A stretch of DNA of 64,000 bases from an uncultured Pseudomonadota bacterium (GCA_964570505.1 CAZMYL010000001.1:143501-207500), one strand, 5' to 3'; shown: positions 34,488 through 43,990, numbered from the stretch's first letter. Translations and numbers: made by a program. The notes: generated by a model from the sequence alone, not told the origin.

Positions 34488-36305
34488 ATGAAAAAAAATA
34501 TATTCAATTCTAGTGGTCCTCGAAATATTGTTATTGTTGTTTTACTGATAGTGGGAGCTTTGTGGCTTTTAACAAAAGTAGTTGATCCAAAAAGAAACAC
34601 AGAAGAATATAAATATTCTCAATTTTTAGAGATGGTAGAAAAAGGTGGTATTAAGAGTGCAGTAGTTTCAGGCCAATTGATTGTTGGTGTTACTAAGGAT
34701 GGTAATCGTTTTGAAACTATTATGCCTTCTGACCAAGGGGTTTGGGAAAAACTTTCAAAAAATAAAGTTGAATTTTCTGTGGTAAGCCCTCAAGCAGATA
34801 TTAATGTCTGGCAAATTCTTTTAGGGCTTTCATTCCTTATTGGTCTTTTAGTTGTTTGGTATGTTTTTAGGCAAACTAAAAGTGGTGTTGGTTCTGGAGG
34901 AGGTGCAAATCCTTTCAATATAGGTAAAAGTAGAGCTAAAATGTTTTTACCATCTTCTATTAAAGAAAAATTTACATCAGTAGCGGGAGCAACTGAGGCA
35001 AAAGAAGAGTTGCTTGATGTAGTAGATTTTTTAAGAAATCCAGAAAAATATAAAAAATTAGGTGCGAAAATTACTCGAGGGGCGCTTCTTGTTGGTTCTC
35101 CTGGAAATGGAAAAACACTACTTGCTCGTGCAGTAGCAGGTGAGGCAAATTGTCCATTTTTTAGTATTAGTGGTTCTGATTTTATAGAAGTATTTGTTGG
35201 AGTTGGTGCATCTCGTGTACGAGATCTTTTTGCTCAAGCTCGTAAGCATGCTCCTTGTATTATTTTTATAGATGAAATTGATGCAGTTGGTCGTCATAGA
35301 GGTAGTGGTCTTGGTGGTGGCAACGATGAAAGAGAGCAGACATTAAACCAATTGCTTACAGAAATGGATGGATTTGAAACATCAAAAGATCCTGTTATTG
35401 TGCTTGCAGCTACTAATAGACCAGATGTTCTTGATTCTGCATTATTACGTCCAGGTCGTTTTGATAGACGCATAGAAGTTCCTTATCCTGATTTAGTAAG
35501 TCGTGAACAAATTTTAAGAGTTCATGCTAATTCTGTTCAAATTGATCCAGATTTAGATCTTAAAAAAGTAGCAAGAGGAACTCCAGGTTTTTCTGGAGCT
35601 GATTTAGCTAATTTAATTAATGAGGCTGCTATTATTGCTTCTAAAAAAAATCAAAAAGAAGTTATGATGCATGATGTAGAAGAAGCTCGTGATAAGGTTC
35701 TTTTAGGCAAAGAATTGCGAACAATTGCGCTTTCAGAAGATGAAAGAAAAATGACTGCTTTTCATGAAGCTGGGCATGCTCTTATTCGTTTATTATTGCC
35801 AGAAGTTATGGATCCTCTTCATAAAGTAACTATTATTCCAAGAGGTCGTGCGCTTGGTGTAACACATTCAATGCCTGAACGAGAAAAATATTCAACAGTT
35901 AAAGAAGAAATGCTTGCATTAGTTCAATCTGCGCTTGGTGGTCGTATAGCTGAAGAAATTGTATTTCATAAGGTTTCAACAGGTGCTTATAGTGATTTTA
36001 CTAAAGCAACCGAAGTTGTTAGAGATATGGTTTGTCGTTATGGCATGTCAGATAAGCTTGGGCCTGTTGTTTATTCTCAACAGCAAGGTGATTTTGTATA
36101 TTCACAAGAAACAGCAAAGCTTATTGATGATGAAGTTTTGAATATTACTAATAAGTGTTATGCAGATGCTAAAAAGCTTTTAGAAGAGCATAGAGATAAG
36201 CTTGATATATTGGCACATGCACTTCTTGAAAAAGAAACAATGTATGCTAGTGAGATTTATGAACTTTTACAGATTACTCCACGAGAAGATCATAAGCTTA
36301 TTTAA
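34488..36305 (+). CDS. ftsH: ATP-dependent zinc metalloprotease FtsH
   Basis: Two TM helices, Walker [19 protein letters not shown], Walker [34 protein letters not shown] and the Zn site HEAGHAL. ATG at 34488 (the track begins at 34434). Confidence 0.9.
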   Translation: MKKNIFNSSGPRNIVIVVLLIVGALWLLTKVVDPKRNTEEYKYSQFLEMVEKGGIKSAVVSGQLIVGVTKDGNRFETIMPSDQGVWEKLSKNKVEFSVVSPQADINVWQILLGLSFLIGLLVVWYVFRQTKSGVGSGGGANPFNIGKSRAKMFLPSSIKEKFTSVAGATEAKEELLDVVDFLRNPEKYKKLGAKITRGALLVGSPGNGKTLLARAVAGEANCPFFSISGSDFIEVFVGVGASRVRDLFAQARKHAPCIIFIDEIDAVGRHRGSGLGGGNDEREQTLNQLLTEMDGFETSKDPVIVLAATNRPDVLDSALLRPGRFDRRIEVPYPDLVSREQILRVHANSVQIDPDLDLKKVARGTPGFSGADLANLINEAAIIASKKNQKEVMMHDVEEARDKVLLGKELRTIALSEDERKMTAFHEAGHALIRLLLPEVMDPLHKVTIIPRGRALGVTHSMPEREKYSTVKEEMLALVQSALGGRIAEEIVFHKVSTGAYSDFTKATEVVRDMVCRYGMSDKLGPVVYSQQQGDFVYSQETAKLIDDEVLNITNKCYADAKKLLEEHRDKLDILAHALLEKETMYASEIYELLQITPREDHKLI

Positions 36306-36334
36306 ATAAATTTAAGTTTTCTGGCAATTTGTAG

Positions 36335-36357
36335 AGGGCTATATTTTATATAGCCCT
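36335..36357 (+). terminator. hairpin terminator after ftsH
   Basis: AGGGCTATA TTTTA TATAGCCCT followed by ATTTTATTT. Confidence 0.6.
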
Positions 36358-36441
36358 ATTTTATTTATTTAAAAATTATTTGATATTCTTAAATAAATAA
36401 ATTGATGATATTGAAACTGTTTTATTATTAGGAGTAAGTAA

Positions 36442-37215
36442 TTGAAAATTTCATTAGAAGAAATTAATAAAAAAGTTCAGAAAATTATTGTGAATGCGGG
36501 AGATATTTTAGTCAGTTTTTATCAAAAAAATCTTATTTTTAAGTATAAAACAGATGGTTCTTTTTGTACTCAAGCTGATATTGAAAGCGAAAAATATTTA
36601 ATGCAAGAGCTTTCACAATTGATTCCAGGAGCTGGTTTTTATGCTGAAGAATCGGGTGTTAAAGAATCTTTAAATAATTATGTTTGGATAATTGATCCTC
36701 TTGATGGTACTTCTAATTTTTCTATAGGAATATCATATTTTTGCATTTCCATTGCATTAACTTATAACAATGAGCCTGTTTTGGGGTGGATTTATAATCC
36801 TATTTCTAAAGAGTTATTTTATGCTCAAAAAGGAAATGGAGCTTATTGTAATGACAGATTGCTTATAATTGAAAAAAAGAAATTAATTAAGCATACGAGA
36901 ATAGCTTTTGGTATTTCTAATAAGGATTTTTTTATTATTTCTAAAGTATTACCATATGTGACAGGTATTCGTATCTGTGGTGCTTCTGCTTTAGATTTAG
37001 CTTATGTAGCTGCAGGTAAATATGATGGAGTCTTTTTAACTCAGTTTAAGTGGTGGGATGTTGCAGCAGGAATTTTATTGATAAGTGAATCTCAAGGTTC
37101 AAGTGTTACTTTTGAGGGTTTTTCTGTTGATTTGAGTTCTAAAAGCTTGATTAGTACAAATTTATTTTTGATTAATCCCTTTCTTGAGCTTATTGGTAAT
37201 GATAATTCGATTTGA
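36442..37215 (+). CDS. inositol monophosphatase family protein (SuhB-like)
   Basis: IMPase motifs AEESG, WIIDPLDGTSNF and WWDVAAG. TTG start. Confidence 0.8.
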   Translation: MKISLEEINKKVQKIIVNAGDILVSFYQKNLIFKYKTDGSFCTQADIESEKYLMQELSQLIPGAGFYAEESGVKESLNNYVWIIDPLDGTSNFSIGISYFCISIALTYNNEPVLGWIYNPISKELFYAQKGNGAYCNDRLLIIEKKKLIKHTRIAFGISNKDFFIISKVLPYVTGIRICGASALDLAYVAAGKYDGVFLTQFKWWDVAAGILLISESQGSSVTFEGFSVDLSSKSLISTNLFLINPFLELIGNDNSI

Positions 37216-37239
37216 TAAAAAAGGATCATTTGCTATACT
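37212..37239 (+). promoter_or_regulatory. sigma-70-type promoter candidate for rpmB-rpsT
   Basis: TTGATA, a 16-nt spacer, then TATACT, about 60 nt upstream of the rpmB start. Confidence 0.45.
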
Positions 37240-37297
37240 GACATTCTATCCTTCTTTATCTCATGATAGATTTTGTTAAGCGTGAAAAGGTGTAATT

Positions 37298-37501
37298 ATG
37301 TCAAGAATATGTTTTGTTTGTGGAAAAGCACCGCGAACAGCAAATTTAGTTAGTAAAGCAAATAATAAAACAGGACGTTGGGTTTACCCAAATGTTCAAA
37401 AAATGCGTTTTACTATTGCTGGTGATGCTAAAAATAAAGTGCATCAATCAAAAGTTTGTACTAAGTGCTTAAAAGCAGAAAAAGTTAAAAAGGTACTATA
37501 G
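37298..37501 (+). CDS. rpmB: 50S ribosomal protein L28
   Basis: MSRICFVCGKAPRTANLVSKANNKTGRWVYPNVQKMRF matches the L28 N-terminal consensus (MSRxCxxxGKxPxxGNxxSHAxNxTKRxxxPNL). Confidence 0.85.
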   Translation: MSRICFVCGKAPRTANLVSKANNKTGRWVYPNVQKMRFTIAGDAKNKVHQSKVCTKCLKAEKVKKVL

Positions 37502-37511
37502 GTAAGGTCAT

Positions 37512-37790
37512 ATGGCTAATACAAAATCAGCGAAGAAAAGAGTTCTTCAAAATAATAAAAAAAGAAAAATTAATTTGTCTCGTAGAACATCATTAAAAAC
37601 AGCAGTTAAAAAAGTTCTTGATGCTGTTAAATCTGGTGACTATGAAAATTCAATGATCTTGTTAAAAGATGCAGAAGCAAAATTTGCTCGTGCAAAAGGT
37701 AAGCATGTTATACATGCAAATGCAGCTGCTCGTAAAACAAGTAGATTAGCAAAAAAAGTTGCTGCTCTTGCAAAAGAAAAACAAAATTAA
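37512..37790 (+). CDS. rpsT: 30S ribosomal protein S20
   Basis: MANTKSAKKRVLQNNKKRKINLSRRTSLKT... is a classic S20 N-terminus with a basic helical protein behind it. Confidence 0.9.
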   Translation: MANTKSAKKRVLQNNKKRKINLSRRTSLKTAVKKVLDAVKSGDYENSMILLKDAEAKFARAKGKHVIHANAAARKTSRLAKKVAALAKEKQN

Positions 37791-37826
37791 ATTTTTATAA
37801 TTTAAATATTTTTTGTTATTAAAAAT

Positions 37827-37850
37827 TAAGGCACTTTTTAAAGTGCCTTA
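37827..37850. terminator. bidirectional hairpin terminator after rpsT
   Basis: TAAGGCACTT TTTA AAGTGCCTTA followed by T6. The core is almost identical to the hairpin at 27952-27976. Confidence 0.7.
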
Positions 37851-37874
37851 TTTTTTAATATTTAATTATTAAAG

Positions 37875-38183
37875 TTAATTTTTTCTAATTAAAGATTCTA
37901 TATTTGCATTAAGGATTTTAATAGATTTTTCGGTTCTTTCTGTATTTTCTTCAATTTTTACTAAAAGATAACTCATGAAAATTGTATAACCGAGTGTAGC
38001 AAAATTTATTATTGGAAAATCAAAATCCGGTTCTGGTTTTTGATTATTTAAATTTCGTACGGTCTTGAAAGCTTTTGAAGAATAACTATTAACAATTAAT
38101 CTTTTAAAAGCAGAACTAGAATGAAGTTGAAATGAATGTGTTATAAAAAAAATTGAAAATATAGAAAAGTATAATTTTTTCAA
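37875..38183 (-). CDS. hypothetical exported/membrane protein, 102 aa
   Basis: Signal-like MKKLYFSIFSIFFITHSFQLHS plus a second hydrophobic segment. No family recognised. Confidence 0.45.
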   Translation of the reverse strand: MKKLYFSIFSIFFITHSFQLHSSSAFKRLIVNSYSSKAFKTVRNLNNQKPEPDFDFPIINFATLGYTIFMSYLLVKIEENTERTEKSIKILNANIESLIRKN

Positions 38184-38256
38184 AATAATTCCCTTTATTA
38201 ATGAATTAAATAAGGAGGTAAATTATATGATTTAAATTAAAAATCAATTGTAATAA

Positions 38257-40059
38257 TTATTCCTCGTCTGCATACTGTAATTCTTTTTCAGAGAATGATA
38301 GAGTTTGCGGTTGATATTCGTAATTGATGTTTCTTTTTTCCATTACATTTTTATATTTTTTTAAAAAATCTTTTGCAATTGTTATAGGAAGTTCAGTGCC
38401 ACCTGTTTTTTCTGTTAAAATAACTAAAGTCATTGCAGGTTGTCCTTTATAACTAAAATTTGCAGCAAGCCAACCATGTTCTAAAAAATCATCGCTTATT
38501 TTTTTCTTATGAAGTCCGCTCATTTGAGCAGTACTTGTTTTTGATCGAATAATAAAATCATTTAAATATGAAAGTCTTCGTGCTGTTCCTTTAGTAGTTA
38601 CAGCATGCATTGCTTGTTGTAAAAATTTTCTTGTTTCTGGGCGTATAGCAAGTGGTTGCTTTTCAATTGGCATGTCTTCTGTTATTCGCATAGAAGTTAA
38701 ATATCCTGTTTCTACTGCTGCTACCATCCGTGCCATTTGTAATGGAGTTACTAAAAGAAAGCTTTGCCCAATTGATGCAGAAAAAGTTTCTCCAAGCCAC
38801 CAACGTTCCCCTTTTACCCTTTTTTTCCATTCTTTTGTTGGTATAAGGCCAGTATCTTCTTGTAGAGCTGTATTTGTTTTTTCGCCAAGACCAAATATAT
38901 GCGCATATCGTGCAATAGTATCAATATCAAGATGTCGAGCCATATCAAAAGGAGGAATGTTGCATGAATGGGCAAATGCTTGTTTGAGAGTCAATTCTCC
39001 ATGGCCTTGTTTGCGAGCGCAATGGTAATGTCGTTCGTTTAATACACTATATCCTCCACAATACCATGTTGATTGGTGATTGACGATTCCTGTTTCAAGT
39101 GCAGCAGAAAAGGTGACAAGTTTAAAAATAGAACCGGGTGGATACACTGCTTTGCATATTCTGTTTAAGAAAGATTTTTGTTCCTGAAGGGTGTTCCAAT
39201 CTTTTTTGTTGATTGCAGTTAAAAACATATTTGGATCAAAACTAGGTCGAGAAAGAACAGCTCTTAAGCTCCCTGTAAATGGATCCATCAATATAAAAAT
39301 GCCAGCTTTATCCAAAGGAAAAACTTCTTCGGCAATTTTCTGTAATTCAAGATCTAATGTTGTAATAATATCGTATCCTGGATGATTTTTTTCTATTTCT
39401 TGTTCTGCTATGTGGCTGCCCATTGAGTTAACTATCCTCATAAGTGAACCAGCTTTTCCTCTTAGTTCTTTTTCGTATATTTTTTCAATACCCATTTTAC
39501 CACCAACAGAACTTGAATTCTCTGATTCATTATCAAGATGACCAAGGTATCCTAATAAGTGGCATGCTAGTGTTGTATGTGGATAGTAACGTTTGAATGT
39601 TGTTTCAATAAAAATATTAGGATTATTAGAAAATATCTCTGCAATTTTACTTAATTGCTCAAATGATGCATCAGGGATAAGAGTATATTTTTTAGAATGT
39701 CTTTCTGCTCTTTGAATATCTTTTTTTTTATCAATAAGGCTTTCATTAAGTAAGTTATTAATAATTAAAAAAGTTTCTTCTTGCTCAAGTGTTAATTTTT
39801 TATTACCTGATCCCTTCCAATAAATAGAAGTAACAGGTCTATTTGTAGCAATAATAGAGCCATAGGTATCTAAAATATTTCCTCGAGGCGAAAGAAGGGT
39901 TTCATAGCGTGTATAATTTTTATTACTCTGAATTGCAAAGGATTCTCCAAGATAAATTTGTAAATAAAAAAGACGTACAATAACAATCATTAAACTTAAG
40001 GTAGTTAATTGTAAAAGCCATTTTTTTTTAGATATAAAAAGAGCAGAAACTTTTGACAT
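38257..40059 (-). CDS. mrdA: penicillin-binding protein 2 (elongasome transpeptidase)
   Basis: N-terminal TM helix and a PBP dimerisation domain. The transpeptidase motifs are SIFK (SxxK), SCN (SxN) and KTS in place of K(T/S)G, in SKTSTAQ. Confidence 0.8.
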   Translation of the reverse strand: MSKVSALFISKKKWLLQLTTLSLMIVIVRLFYLQIYLGESFAIQSNKNYTRYETLLSPRGNILDTYGSIIATNRPVTSIYWKGSGNKKLTLEQEETFLIINNLLNESLIDKKKDIQRAERHSKKYTLIPDASFEQLSKIAEIFSNNPNIFIETTFKRYYPHTTLACHLLGYLGHLDNESENSSSVGGKMGIEKIYEKELRGKAGSLMRIVNSMGSHIAEQEIEKNHPGYDIITTLDLELQKIAEEVFPLDKAGIFILMDPFTGSLRAVLSRPSFDPNMFLTAINKKDWNTLQEQKSFLNRICKAVYPPGSIFKLVTFSAALETGIVNHQSTWYCGGYSVLNERHYHCARKQGHGELTLKQAFAHSCNIPPFDMARHLDIDTIARYAHIFGLGEKTNTALQEDTGLIPTKEWKKRVKGERWWLGETFSASIGQSFLLVTPLQMARMVAAVETGYLTSMRITEDMPIEKQPLAIRPETRKFLQQAMHAVTTKGTARRLSYLNDFIIRSKTSTAQMSGLHKKKISDDFLEHGWLAANFSYKGQPAMTLVILTEKTGGTELPITIAKDFLKKYKNVMEKRNINYEYQPQTLSFSEKELQYADEE

Positions 40060-40982
40060 TATTGCTGCTTTCTTTTGATCATATTTTTAATAGGGTGTAA
40101 CGTATCGCATATCGTAGTTAATTCTTCTAATGAAATATGTGTGTATTTTTCTGTACTAGATAAGCTTTGATGTCCTAAAAGTTCTTGTACTGATCGTAAG
40201 TCGACACCAGCATTAAGTAAATGTGTAGCAAAAGAATGTCTGATTTTATGAGGAGTAATTATTTTTTTTATTGGTAAAAAGGTTCCAAACATCCCAATAA
40301 TACGTTGTATAGAACGGGGGTCTAAAGGTTCGTTTCTGCAATTTACAAATAATTTTTCTGAAAGAGAATGGCTTTTAGGGCGTTCGTGTTTAAGGTATTC
40401 AAGCATTTTTTCGTGTGCTTTTGACCCAAAAAGAACAATACGTTCTTTTCTTCCTTTTCCCATAATTCGAATGATTTTATTGTTAAAATCTATATTGCCA
40501 ATACTAATATTACAAAGTTCTGAGCAGCGGATTCCTGTTGCATAGAGCACTTCAAAGATTGCTTTGTCTCTTAAAGGTCTTTGAGTGGGAAGATCTTCAT
40601 TTTTTATAGTGTCAAGTAGGTAAAAGATTTCATCAACACTTAAATAAGTAGGTAATTTTTTATCTATTCTTGGTCGTTGTACATTAAGTTGTAAATTAAC
40701 ATCGATTGATTTTAAAAATTTTTTAAGAGAAGTGAAGGATGAAATTTTTCTTGCAACAGAATTTTTATCAATTTTTTTATTAAATAATTGAATGAAGTAT
40801 CGTTCAATTATTTGTGTAAAATTAAAATCTTTTTTTTCTGTATAATTAACTGTGTTCCAAAATGTTATAAATAATTTAAAATCACTATTATATGATCTGC
40901 AAGTGTTTTTACTAAGATTTTTTTCTATTTCTATATAGGTTAAAAAATCATCCGAATATTTTTGAAATTCAATAATTGTCAT
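40059..40982 (-). CDS. tyrosine recombinase XerC/XerD family
   Basis: 307 aa with an N-terminal SAM-like domain. Catalytic residues are present in ATGIRCSEL, HKIRHSFATHLL and LGHQSLSSTEKYTH. Its stop overlaps the mrdA start by 1 nt. Confidence 0.8.
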   Translation of the reverse strand: MTIIEFQKYSDDFLTYIEIEKNLSKNTCRSYNSDFKLFITFWNTVNYTEKKDFNFTQIIERYFIQLFNKKIDKNSVARKISSFTSLKKFLKSIDVNLQLNVQRPRIDKKLPTYLSVDEIFYLLDTIKNEDLPTQRPLRDKAIFEVLYATGIRCSELCNISIGNIDFNNKIIRIMGKGRKERIVLFGSKAHEKMLEYLKHERPKSHSLSEKLFVNCRNEPLDPRSIQRIIGMFGTFLPIKKIITPHKIRHSFATHLLNAGVDLRSVQELLGHQSLSSTEKYTHISLEELTTICDTLHPIKNMIKRKQQ

Positions 40983-41054
40983 ATACTTTTATCTCATACA
41001 TAAAATATTTATAAAGTATATAAGGGTATAACAGGTTCTTATTGCCTGCAAATT

Positions 41055-43802
41055 TTATAAAATTCCATAATCTTTGCATCTTCGATGAATGGAAGATCTA
41101 TTAACTCCAAGAAACAGTGCAATTTTATTTTGATTTTTAAATTTATTCCATAGCATTGCCATTATCATTGGATCTTTTAAGGCATGTTTTCCTAAGCGTG
41201 CAGCCTCTGCTAGTTTTGGATCAGAAATATTGTATGCAGCATCAAAGGTAGTTTCTTCATAAACATCCATTTTTTTTGATTTTGCAAGTAATAAATTTTT
41301 AATATTTTCTTTTATGTCATATAAACTTGCAGGACGCTGAGAAATTAATATTTCACGATCTTTTTCTGAAAGTGTTAATAATTTATTAGTTGGATTTTCT
41401 GCGTTAAGTGATTGTTCTGTAAAGTTTTCTATGAGTGTATTAATTTCATTAGTAGGTAATGTTAATAAAGTTGGAAGAGTTAATGATGTATTTCGTAGTT
41501 CTTTTAATAACATTTCTGAAAAAAGGCCTTCTTTTACAAGATGTTCTAAATTTTGATTAGTAGAGCATATAATTCTTACTTCACTAAACATTTTACGTTC
41601 AGTTTTTAGAATTTTATAAAATCCATAGCGTATGAATGTTGCAAGATTGTTTTGAGATTCTAAATCTAAAAAATGAATATTTTTTATAAAAAGTGTTCCT
41701 TTCTTATTTAATTTTTCAAGAAGAGGTTCTTTTGCAGATTCTGTTAAAGAGTTTATTGCAAAAAGTTGATTAATTCCAAATAAAGAAATTCCTATTTCTT
41801 TAGATGTAATTGGTGCTTGTAAATTTAGGATATGTAAATTTTCTTTAAGAGATATGTGATGGATAAGTTCAACCATAGAAATAATATCCTTTTCAGGAAT
41901 ATTAATAAGAAGTGCTTTTTTTGTAAGAGCTACTTTTAAAAGTTCTATTTTAAAATTTAGTAAAGTAGAACCATTTCCTGGGATTAAATTATTAATGAGT
42001 TTCCCTGATTCTGTTGTTTCTAAGTATAATAAATAATCCCAATTGCTAGGATTATTTATATGATCTATGAGTTCTTCTACAATATCGGAAAGTTCTGGAT
42101 AATAAACAGTAAAGATAACACTTGTATTTTCTGGGTGAGGAATTCCTGATATAACAAATCGTTTGTTATAAATATTTTTTGTAAACTGTAATTGAGGGCC
42201 CTTGTATTTTTCTATTTTTTCGGCCATTTCAAGTAATAATTTTGTAGTTGGATCACCTTTTTCTTTATTTGGATTGATTCCTAATATTTTATTTGCATCT
42301 TCATTGGCAAATGAAAATATTTTATTTTTATAAAGTATAATTCCTATAGAATTGCCTTTATTTATTTTTATAAATGATTGAAGGCTTTCTTTATATCGAG
42401 TAATTTCTTGGTGTTTTGTATAAAGTTCTTCAGTGATTTCTTTTCGTTCTTTAAGAAGCTCATTTAAATTTCTATTTTGTAGTAAATTTACAATTTTTGC
42501 TGCGTAAGTTGTAAAAATAATCATTTCATCACGTTCAATATTTGTATAGAATTTTTTTCTTCCAGAATTTTTATTAATGATGATATAGCCAATAATTCTA
42601 TCTTGATCATACATTGGTAAAAATACATCAGCATTAATATCATTTAAAAAAGTTAATAAACGTTGTGTAAAATTACTTGGTTCATGAAAATGGGTGTATG
42701 CAATTTCATCGTAAATAAGAATTTGAATAAGGTTTTCTGAATTATTTGATTGAGAAAGTATTTCAAAGTTTGCTTGAGTTATAAAATTTTCAATAGTTGT
42801 TTGTAGCAAGTTATGTTGTTTATAAAAATAATCTTTTTCTGTTGAATGAGGAGTAAAGATAATTTTTAGGTTTATTTTTTGTTGATCGATTTTAAAAGCT
42901 TTGTTGAAAAATTGCTGGGAAAGAATTTTTATTTCTGTGATGTTTGTTATTTGTCCAAGTTCTTCTAACACTATTTTAAAATCATAAAGAAAATTAAATC
43001 TTTTTGAATCATATACATGACTATGTACATTTAAAAATCTAAGTCCAATAATAGTTTTAAAAAAATAAAAAAGAGCAAAAGCTAAGAATATTTCAGAAAG
43101 AATAAGGCCTTCTGTGTGAAAAGAAAATGTATTTATTATAGGAAATACTTGCCAAATATTTGCAAGTAAAATTGGAATTAAAAAATAAACAATACATGTT
43201 TTTACTTGTTCAGATAAAATTTTAGGTAATGGCTCTGATTGTATTATTGAAATACCTTCAATAATGGCATATGGCATTAGAACTAAAAGATTATAACGTA
43301 CAATAAAAGTAATAATTTTATATTTTGTAAGATAATTTATTAAATCAACAAATCCATTGTCTTGAAAAAAAGCATAAATAATAAAGATTAATAATGGTAT
43401 CAGGAATAAATTGGTGATAATAAAAAAAATAAGATTAAGATTCTTCTTTAGATTTGTTTTTTCATTGATTTTGAAAGATTGTATAAAAAGTATAAAGCTA
43501 TAATACATAATAAGATAAGTTGCATATCCAATACAAATAATTCCCATAGTAAAATTTTGACTTGGAAATTTAAAATTTTTGTAACATATATACGAAAACC
43601 ACGTTAAATTTTCTATTAAAGAAGTTATAATAATTATAAGTAAAGTGATTGCTGGAGCTTTATTTTTTGATAATTGTGAAATTTTTCTTAAAAAAGGAAA
43701 AAATAATGCTATTTTAAATATAATTAAAGACGCTTCAATCCATAACATGACATAATGGTTGTTTAAAAAATTTGTTAATATTGTTAAAAAATTATATATC
43801 AT
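41055..43802 (-). CDS. membrane-anchored sensor/regulator: multi-TM N-domain, GAF-like and PAS-like domains, a degenerate sigma-54-activator AAA+ module and a Fis-type HTH
   Basis: 915 aa with about 8 TM helices in the first ~270 aa. GAF-like ...FLPMYDQDRIIGYIIINKNSGRKKFYTNIERDEMIIFTTYAAKIV. Residues ~628-800 align with NtrC-type AAA+ domains, but the Walker A, Walker B and GAFTGA motifs are replaced. The C-terminal HTH_8-like sequence is IALFLGVNRSSIHRRCKDYGI. Confidence 0.65.
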   Translation of the reverse strand: MIYNFLTILTNFLNNHYVMLWIEASLIIFKIALFFPFLRKISQLSKNKAPAITLLIIIITSLIENLTWFSYICYKNFKFPSQNFTMGIICIGYATYLIMYYSFILFIQSFKINEKTNLKKNLNLIFFIITNLFLIPLLIFIIYAFFQDNGFVDLINYLTKYKIITFIVRYNLLVLMPYAIIEGISIIQSEPLPKILSEQVKTCIVYFLIPILLANIWQVFPIINTFSFHTEGLILSEIFLAFALFYFFKTIIGLRFLNVHSHVYDSKRFNFLYDFKIVLEELGQITNITEIKILSQQFFNKAFKIDQQKINLKIIFTPHSTEKDYFYKQHNLLQTTIENFITQANFEILSQSNNSENLIQILIYDEIAYTHFHEPSNFTQRLLTFLNDINADVFLPMYDQDRIIGYIIINKNSGRKKFYTNIERDEMIIFTTYAAKIVNLLQNRNLNELLKERKEITEELYTKHQEITRYKESLQSFIKINKGNSIGIILYKNKIFSFANEDANKILGINPNKEKGDPTTKLLLEMAEKIEKYKGPQLQFTKNIYNKRFVISGIPHPENTSVIFTVYYPELSDIVEELIDHINNPSNWDYLLYLETTESGKLINNLIPGNGSTLLNFKIELLKVALTKKALLINIPEKDIISMVELIHHISLKENLHILNLQAPITSKEIGISLFGINQLFAINSLTESAKEPLLEKLNKKGTLFIKNIHFLDLESQNNLATFIRYGFYKILKTERKMFSEVRIICSTNQNLEHLVKEGLFSEMLLKELRNTSLTLPTLLTLPTNEINTLIENFTEQSLNAENPTNKLLTLSEKDREILISQRPASLYDIKENIKNLLLAKSKKMDVYEETTFDAAYNISDPKLAEAARLGKHALKDPMIMAMLWNKFKNQNKIALFLGVNRSSIHRRCKDYGIL

Positions 43803-43906
43803 GAAATTTTCTATTTATTTTAAACGTTTTACGTAATTGACTTTTATACAAATATACTTACATTATTGTAATAATATTTACAAAAACAGCAAAGCTAAGA
43901 GGTTTT

Positions 43907-43990
43907 ATGAAAAAAAGTGTTTCATTGTTGTTCTTATTTTTAATTATTACAATAATTTATTCATTTACACCCCCAACTCCTCCTTATTGA
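43907..43990 (+). CDS. possible 27-aa hydrophobic mini-ORF
   Basis: SD AAGAGG lies 5 nt before the ATG. The product is MKKSVSLLFLFLIITIIYSFTPPTPPY*. It may be a small membrane peptide or a relic signal-peptide exon. Not in the ORF track. Confidence 0.25.
   Translation: MKKSVSLLFLFLIITIIYSFTPPTPPY

Noticed and set aside
40059-40982. Tyrosine recombinase, considered as the integrase of a mobile element.
   Set aside because: It overlaps the mrdA start by 1 nt in an apparent housekeeping operon. It has XerC/D-like length and motifs, and I found no flanking att-like repeats or cargo genes. It is also 17-20 kb from the der and murE duplications.
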